In this document: piece after piece, positions 58,401 through 64,000 of the stretch | Layout of the letters: each line of letters begins with the position of its first letter | Numbering within the stretch: position 1 is the first letter of the stretch | From: Perna viridis | Taxonomy: Eukaryota | NCBI GenBank assembly: GCA_037379345.1 | Contig: CM074524.1 | Location: forward strand, 16,922,750 to 16,986,749 | Direction of reading: 5' to 3' | Length of the DNA: 64,000 bases | Translations under genes and position numbers: made by a program | Notes under the pieces: model-generated | Database searches by the model: none | What the model was told of the DNA's origin: nothing | Seen by the model: only the letters and a program-made list of their open reading frames with translations

Positions 58401-61400
58401 TAATGCATGGCTAGCACTCGTACCAGTTGGTGGGTTGTCGAGTTGACTCCTCTTTTCTCAAACTTTCCAAAGGTCAAAGGTGTTTTATCAGAAGCTATAA
58501 AAAGCTTTAGTGAGGCATGAACACTAATCAACAGGGAACAAGGTTGAATCACAAGCTGCTTGATTCTAATTGGTGAACTTAGACCATGTGACATTGTAAC
58601 TAAATGAGATGGCATCCTGTTTATGTCTTTCAAGCATCTATCTGAACCAGACAAGGAGCTTGGAATGAGTTTCTCAATTTCTTCCAGCATTCTATAAACA
58701 AATCTATCATCAACATTCCCTAATATTGGTTCCATAGCAATTTCTACAGACTTGATTAATGAATTATCCAAACAATCTGTTTCCATAACAACAAGCACAT
58801 GAGCAAAACTTCTTGCTTTTATCACAGCTAGCTTTTCAGACAAGTTCATGGAATGAAATTCAACAAGAAAATCTTCATCTTTTTTCTTCTGTTCTCTTCG
58901 AGCAAATATCACAGGAAAGTCATACAAACCCTTAGTTTCAAACAATTGGTTATCAATTTGAATATTTTCAGCAGAAACAGAATAGCAATCATGGCAAGGG
59001 CTATTTTCATCGAATCCTTCAATCAACGGGTAATGAGCTAAAAATAGATGATCACATGTAACTCGGATTACTTCAGAAATTTGAGTATCAGAGCTCGACT
59101 CGTCTTGTAGAACCAAACACCAATGATGTAAATGTAAACTAGCATACAACTCATAGCTCCTCTTTAATATATTAGAATTAATAAAAACTTCCTGTTTCAA
59201 AACACCAACATCAAATTCTTTAACTTCTAAATTTTTGTCATCTGCTTTATGTTGATTCTCAGTTATTGTAACAGTACCAATTTTGTTTCTGATTTCCTTT
59301 GCTGAAACCTCTGCCTTACTTGCAGCATTTATCACGACATGGGTTACCATAGAAGCATGTATGACCTTAACCTTTAGGTTCAAAAGGTTAGGCAGTGATA
59401 TGAATCTTTCCATGTCTTCATTTATATCCAGTGGGTCACTCCAAGTAATATTCCAATCTTGATCTTGTGAGTGTTTACTCTCACTGTCTGATTCATCTGT
59501 ATCAGAAGATCTTTGGATACCAACATGAATCCTGGGCAGACCTCCATCCCCAATAGACAGCTGGAACTGTCGATTGGTCATTGAAGGTGTGTAGAACACA
59601 TTTTGATTAGGAAGAATTGTGGGTAAAATGTCTGTCAATTCAGCTTCCTCTTGTGTAGTATAGCCTAAAAAATATAAAACATCTTTAACATTTTTAATTC
59701 AAGCACAATGTCCATTAAACCTAGAAAATCTTCTATTTCATTAATACAGTTTCACTTAACTTCATTCTTACTCTTTTTTTCATTTTGTATCAAACTGTGT
59801 TACTTATGTACCTTTATGTACCAGTATCTTGCAATTCACACTTAATATTTTACTCTGAATGACCTTTTGAAGTCAGATGAAAGACATTATCTTGTACTGT
59901 GACATAACAATCTTTAACTGAAAGAGATCACTGTATGAAATCAATGGGAAATTGTGAATGTGTCTGCAATTGGTGACAAAAGTGAAAATACATCTTATAT
60001 TACAATTTGCCAGATATTTGTTGATTTTACCTGCTCTAGATATTGAAAGGTTCTGGTAACCATACACAATAGGTACATTGGTATAGTTATACAACAAACA
60101 GGAAGGAGATTTGTCCTCTTTAATCACAAAATATGACACTCCATGCTTAGTCTGACCAACTATGCACAAAGGCAGCGACATCACAGATTCAGTAACCACT
60201 GGCAATGATACTGTTACTCTTCCTGGATTCTCATTGGCTACAAGTCTAACTGGTATTGACCAATCAGCTTTAGATGTGTTTCCCTCAGCAGATGTCAAAT
60301 CTTGTCTCATCAGAACATAGTTTACAAAACTGATGTCAGAAACATCTGAACTGTTCAGGCTATAACCAGACCAGCAGGGGAGTGGTATTGTTTGAGATGA
60401 TTTCTTACGTAACTCCCTATTGTTTTCATCAGAGACTGTCAGGGAAAACTAAAAACAGAAGCAAAGTTATCAAAAAGATTTCATTAAACTGATTTCACAA
60501 ATCATATAAAGCTACAAGATAAATTTAAGTTTGTTCTTGTCTACAAAACATATGTCTTCCCGTTCAAAAGGGTATAAATCCCACAAAATTCAGTGGAACA
60601 TAAATTCCTGGCAATATGCACAACTACATATCATGTCATAACTACTGACAAAGTCTCACGAAAGTTTCCAAGGTGTTGTGCTTACTAAAGCATGACAAAG
60701 TGTTGTGCTTACTGAAGCGTGACAAGGGTGTTGTGCTTACTAAAGCGTGACAAAGTGTTGTGCTTACTGAAGCGTGACAAAGGTGTTGTGCTTACTAAAG
60801 CGTGACAAAGGTGTTGCGCTTACTGAAGCGTGACAAACAGAAAGGGCAAAAACAATAACACTAACTCATTTTGAAACAATATCACGTCTTTAAGTTATAA
60901 TTATGATACATGTAAAAAGAATATGTGAATCATTTAATTTTTGATTTAGCAAATTTGTGTCTGATCCTGTGGTGTCAACTAAGGTAAAACAACTTATTGT
61001 CACAAGCCATTTATTTTTTTTGGGCTTAATTGTGGAAAAAAATACCAGTAAAAAAATATGAAAAAAAAATTACGGTGAATAAGCCCTCCATTTTGAATTC
61101 AGATCTCAGCTCACCTTTTTCTGACACAGCTGTACACAGTGATGAGACAGGGTGAGATCTAGAGCTGATTGGTTACTGATACAATAGGTTTCTCTAATGG
61201 TTATTATCCTCATCCCACTCACCATCTTGGACTGAAGAGTCAGGAAATATACCTGGAGAAAGAAAAATATAAATCTTAAGTCAAATATTTGTTTACAGGT
61301 TCAGATCCTGTCAAAACCTACATTACAATGCTTCAGTTGTCAATTTATTATTCTCATCTTTGTCAACTACATTGCATCTTGGACTATGAAGTTATGAAAA

Positions 61401-63411
61401 ATATCAGGAAAATAAATAATTGAAGTGTATACATATATTTACTTCAATGTGCAGATAGCTTCACTCCTGAGGGTTATAATTAGTTCAATGATAACACATC
61501 AGAACATGTGCTTCTTTGTATGATATGAAATGTTTGTACTTAGAATTGTTTTTGCACATAATATCAATATTTGATGTCATAAAAGAATGACTTTCCATTA
61601 AATCACACTTTTATTTAAATTGATCACATACAACCTTACGAGAAAAATTTTAAAAAATGATGAAGTGATGCCCTCACACTCCATATTGACACAATTATTT
61701 AGTTAAAACATTCAATGTAGGACTGCCCTAGTAACATTTTTGTGTCTGAGAGACAGATATGTCCTAGACACAGATGTTGCCTCTGTAGGCATTAAAAAGA
61801 TTTTCCTTTAAATCAAAAAAGAAAGTCAACCATATAGTATTTCTCAATAATTAATATGGCACCATAATACAATCAAGAAAACATAATACTGTTATGCACT
61901 GCAAACAAAAATGGTAAAGACATGCATTGTCTTATTTCATTAAGGATGTCTGCTGGTCTCATTTTGGAATTTTTGTCAGATTTTCATAATCGTCAGGTTT
62001 TACCCAACTAAATGCCATAAATTATTTGACCATTTATCCTAAGTTGTCTTTTTCTTGTATCATTATCATATCATTATTCTGATCCATGTGACAATATATT
62101 TCCAAATCCTTGTTATTTTTTTCATAGTTTAAAGAAAGTGTAAGTCAAAGGAAAAATCAAGAGAAGTCACATTTCCCGCCAAATTTTCAACGCTTATATT
62201 TCGAAAATGATATCACTGACCTTACAATTTTATTTGGTATTTTTGTTCCAAAGATCATTGTCTACAAATCTATACCAAAAGTTTAGAAAGGTTGTTATTT
62301 TAGAACAGAGCAGCAAACATCCTTAAGATATGAATTTGCTGTTACATGTATAACAGATTTTACCTGGAAAGTTGAAAGTTGAGTTTTGACAGCTATTTGA
62401 GTTACAGCATATCCATCTGTGTACAGGGTTTTACCAAGATCCTGTCGATATCTCTGATCCGCTACAGCCTCGTCAGACAGACCAATATCTCCTCCAGTGT
62501 AGAGATTTCCATTTATCAATATACCAACAGTGAAAGAGTTCTTGGAAAGAAATAAATAGGTGTATTTGTTATGAAGCTACCATTTCAAACCAAGAGAAGA
62601 GCATATACAAACTGAAAGTCTATTTAAGGAATGACTGTTATATTTTTTCGGTCTAGGAAGAAATAATCTCAATCACATGGTGTACATTAAATAACCTACG
62701 TAGCAGGTTATTTTACACAGGTTATTTTCAAGTGTGCCCAAAGGCATTGAGGTTATTTCAAATAGACCGAAAAAAATATAATAGTCATTCCTTATAATTT
62801 AACTTAAGCATAAAAATTCAACAAGTTAATCATTAAAAAAGGATGATGACGTCACGACCGCATTACAAAATTTGGTCAACGAAATATCAACAAAATTTTT
62901 TATCCAAGTAGAAACAATCTTCTGAAATCAAATTGTATGCACTCAATCTTTTAGGCTGTCATAGAACCAGAATGATATTACTTTACGTCAGAAATGTGGG
63001 AAAAACTTCTCCTGATGTTACGTTACATTCATCAGTTTATGAATGAGGTGTAATTGTCCAGTTAGCAATTAACTATGAAACAACTGGACTAAAAAGATAT
63101 TTGAGTATTTACCTGAAGTTTTGGAGGACTAAATGTTTTTCCATGAGGAAGTGGCCATGTTGTTTTACTGGAATCTATCAGCACTAAGTCAAGGATACTG
63201 TGATTGGTCAGAAGACACCATGGGCAGACGTCAATCAAAAGTGTACTACATCCAGGCCAATACTCAGCCAAGGTCAAACTAAGGTCAATACTTGGCAGTG
63301 AAAGGTCAAGGTCAGCAAAGTCTCCACCTGGTTGCCTTGGTGACAGATTTTCACTGTAGCTACACAAATGAACCATACAGCAATTAAAGCCTTGAAATGT
63401 TGAACATATTT
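47211..63411 (-). CDS. VPS13B: Vacuolar protein sorting 13B (COH1), last 11 coding exons; gene continues beyond the window
   Basis: Phase-consistent GT-AG exons: 63113-63411, 62364-62540, 61115-61252, 60031-60448, 58375-59664, 57507-57683, 56693-56863, 55956-56123, 55247-55352, 54576-54825, 47211-47522 (stop). Peptides match the VPS13B C-terminus: LISVHASLKLFIASD, MHYASSALFRAG-IVVGSLEILGNP, RNMDRLS, GVGKGLVGVFTKPIGGAAE, QQQAF, YHFLVDP...KGF. Confidence 0.95.
51405..52445. mobile_element. 1041-bp non-autonomous DNA transposon with 16-bp TIR and perfect 5-bp TSD (AGAAC)
   Basis: AGAAC|CAGGGGCGTGTCCAGG ... CCTGGACCCGCCCCTG|AGAAC. Confidence 0.9.
52851..53065 (-). mobile_element. HINE-like element fragment (3' hairpin end)
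   Basis: aactagaggctctaaagagcctgaatcgctcacctgg is the reverse complement of the HINE-like 3' ends at 23950 and 24720. Confidence 0.55.
55419..55603. mobile_element. Degenerate CAGG...CCCCTG MITE
   Basis: Right end CCTGGATCCACCCCTG, left end CAGGTGCCAATCCAAG; flanks caccc/cacca. Confidence 0.5.
60670..60837. repeat. Minisatellite, 6 x 27-28 bp with alternating variants
   Basis: gtgttgtgcttact(a/g)aagcgtgacaa units at 60673, 60700, 60728, 60755, 60783, 60811. Confidence 0.92.
61944..62322. mobile_element. Kolobok-like TTAA-flanked MITE (379 bp)
   Basis: TTAA|GGATGTCTGCTG ... CAGCAAACATCC|TTAA. Confidence 0.8.
62625..63077. mobile_element. Hairpin-ended non-autonomous element (inverted repeat 62625-62794)
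   Basis: taaggaatgactgttatattttttcggtcta ... tagaccgaaaaaaatataatagtcattcctta. Confidence 0.6.
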
Positions 63412-64000
63412 CTGAGATAAATACATAATAAAATAAATCTCCTTTGCTCAGTGATGTTTTATTATTGACATGTTCTCTAACTTGGCTATGCAATGAATTA
63501 ATGGAATACTGTATGGCTGGTTATTTTGACAAAAACAAAATTTGATTATTTTTAGATCAAACGGTGTACAATAAATTTTAGGAAATGCTATGAGGTCTAC
63601 TAAACACTGAAGTCCAGAGTGAATATTTTGCAGAATTTATTTTGGTTTTTTAGACAGACTGCCAAACTACACCAAAATTACCCAATATATGGTATTAAGA
63701 GATCAATAAAAATTGTGAACCACAAAGATATGAATAACCATAAGACAATATATACATATTATACCAGTATGTACTAAGTGTGTTGACTACTAGGGGCAAA
63801 AATGCTACATATGTGCCACGCATATACCATATTTGGGTGTGTATAATACACATTTATGTATTGTATACAGAAAATTTTGAAGGTCAAATCGTGTGAAAAA
63901 AAGTTTTTTAGAATTAGATTACAGTATCATTTTTGTAAGACATAAGATCGATATTTTGCACTTGATCGGTCAATTTATTTACCTTGATGCGGTATTTCAT

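Noticed and set aside
58361-59638. 425-aa ORF as a stand-alone gene
   Set aside because: It is the 1290-bp internal VPS13B exon (58375-59664), with valid splice sites and phase.

Overview
Eukaryotic, AT-rich, intron-containing genomic DNA, most likely from a bivalve mollusc (oyster-like), inferred from the H1 protein and repeat types. (1) 1-16278: a head-to-tail tandem array of a 3672-bp unit carrying one linker histone H1 gene on the minus strand and no core histone genes. It has 4 complete copies, 2 partial copies and a 200-N gap. The H1 is H1.0/H5-like ('orphon' type), with TATA, H4-box-like and H1-box-like promoter elements, a histone stem-loop and a downstream AATAAA. The last copy has lost the array promoter and has an in-frame upstream ATG instead. 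(2) ~17.1-19.1 kb: a decayed LINE reverse-transcriptase remnant. (3) 20161-39929 (+): a complete 18-exon WDR48/UAF1 gene (668 aa). Several of its splice junctions are locally tandem-duplicated, including a 16-unit minisatellite built from a 5' splice site. (4) 47211-63411 (-): the last 11 coding exons of VPS13B/COH1, convergent with WDR48. Introns and intergenic DNA contain many MITEs (TTAA, TA and 5-bp target-site types), HINE-like elements, hairpin-ended elements, SINE tails and minisatellites. All coordinates were read by eye; repeat family names are tentative.
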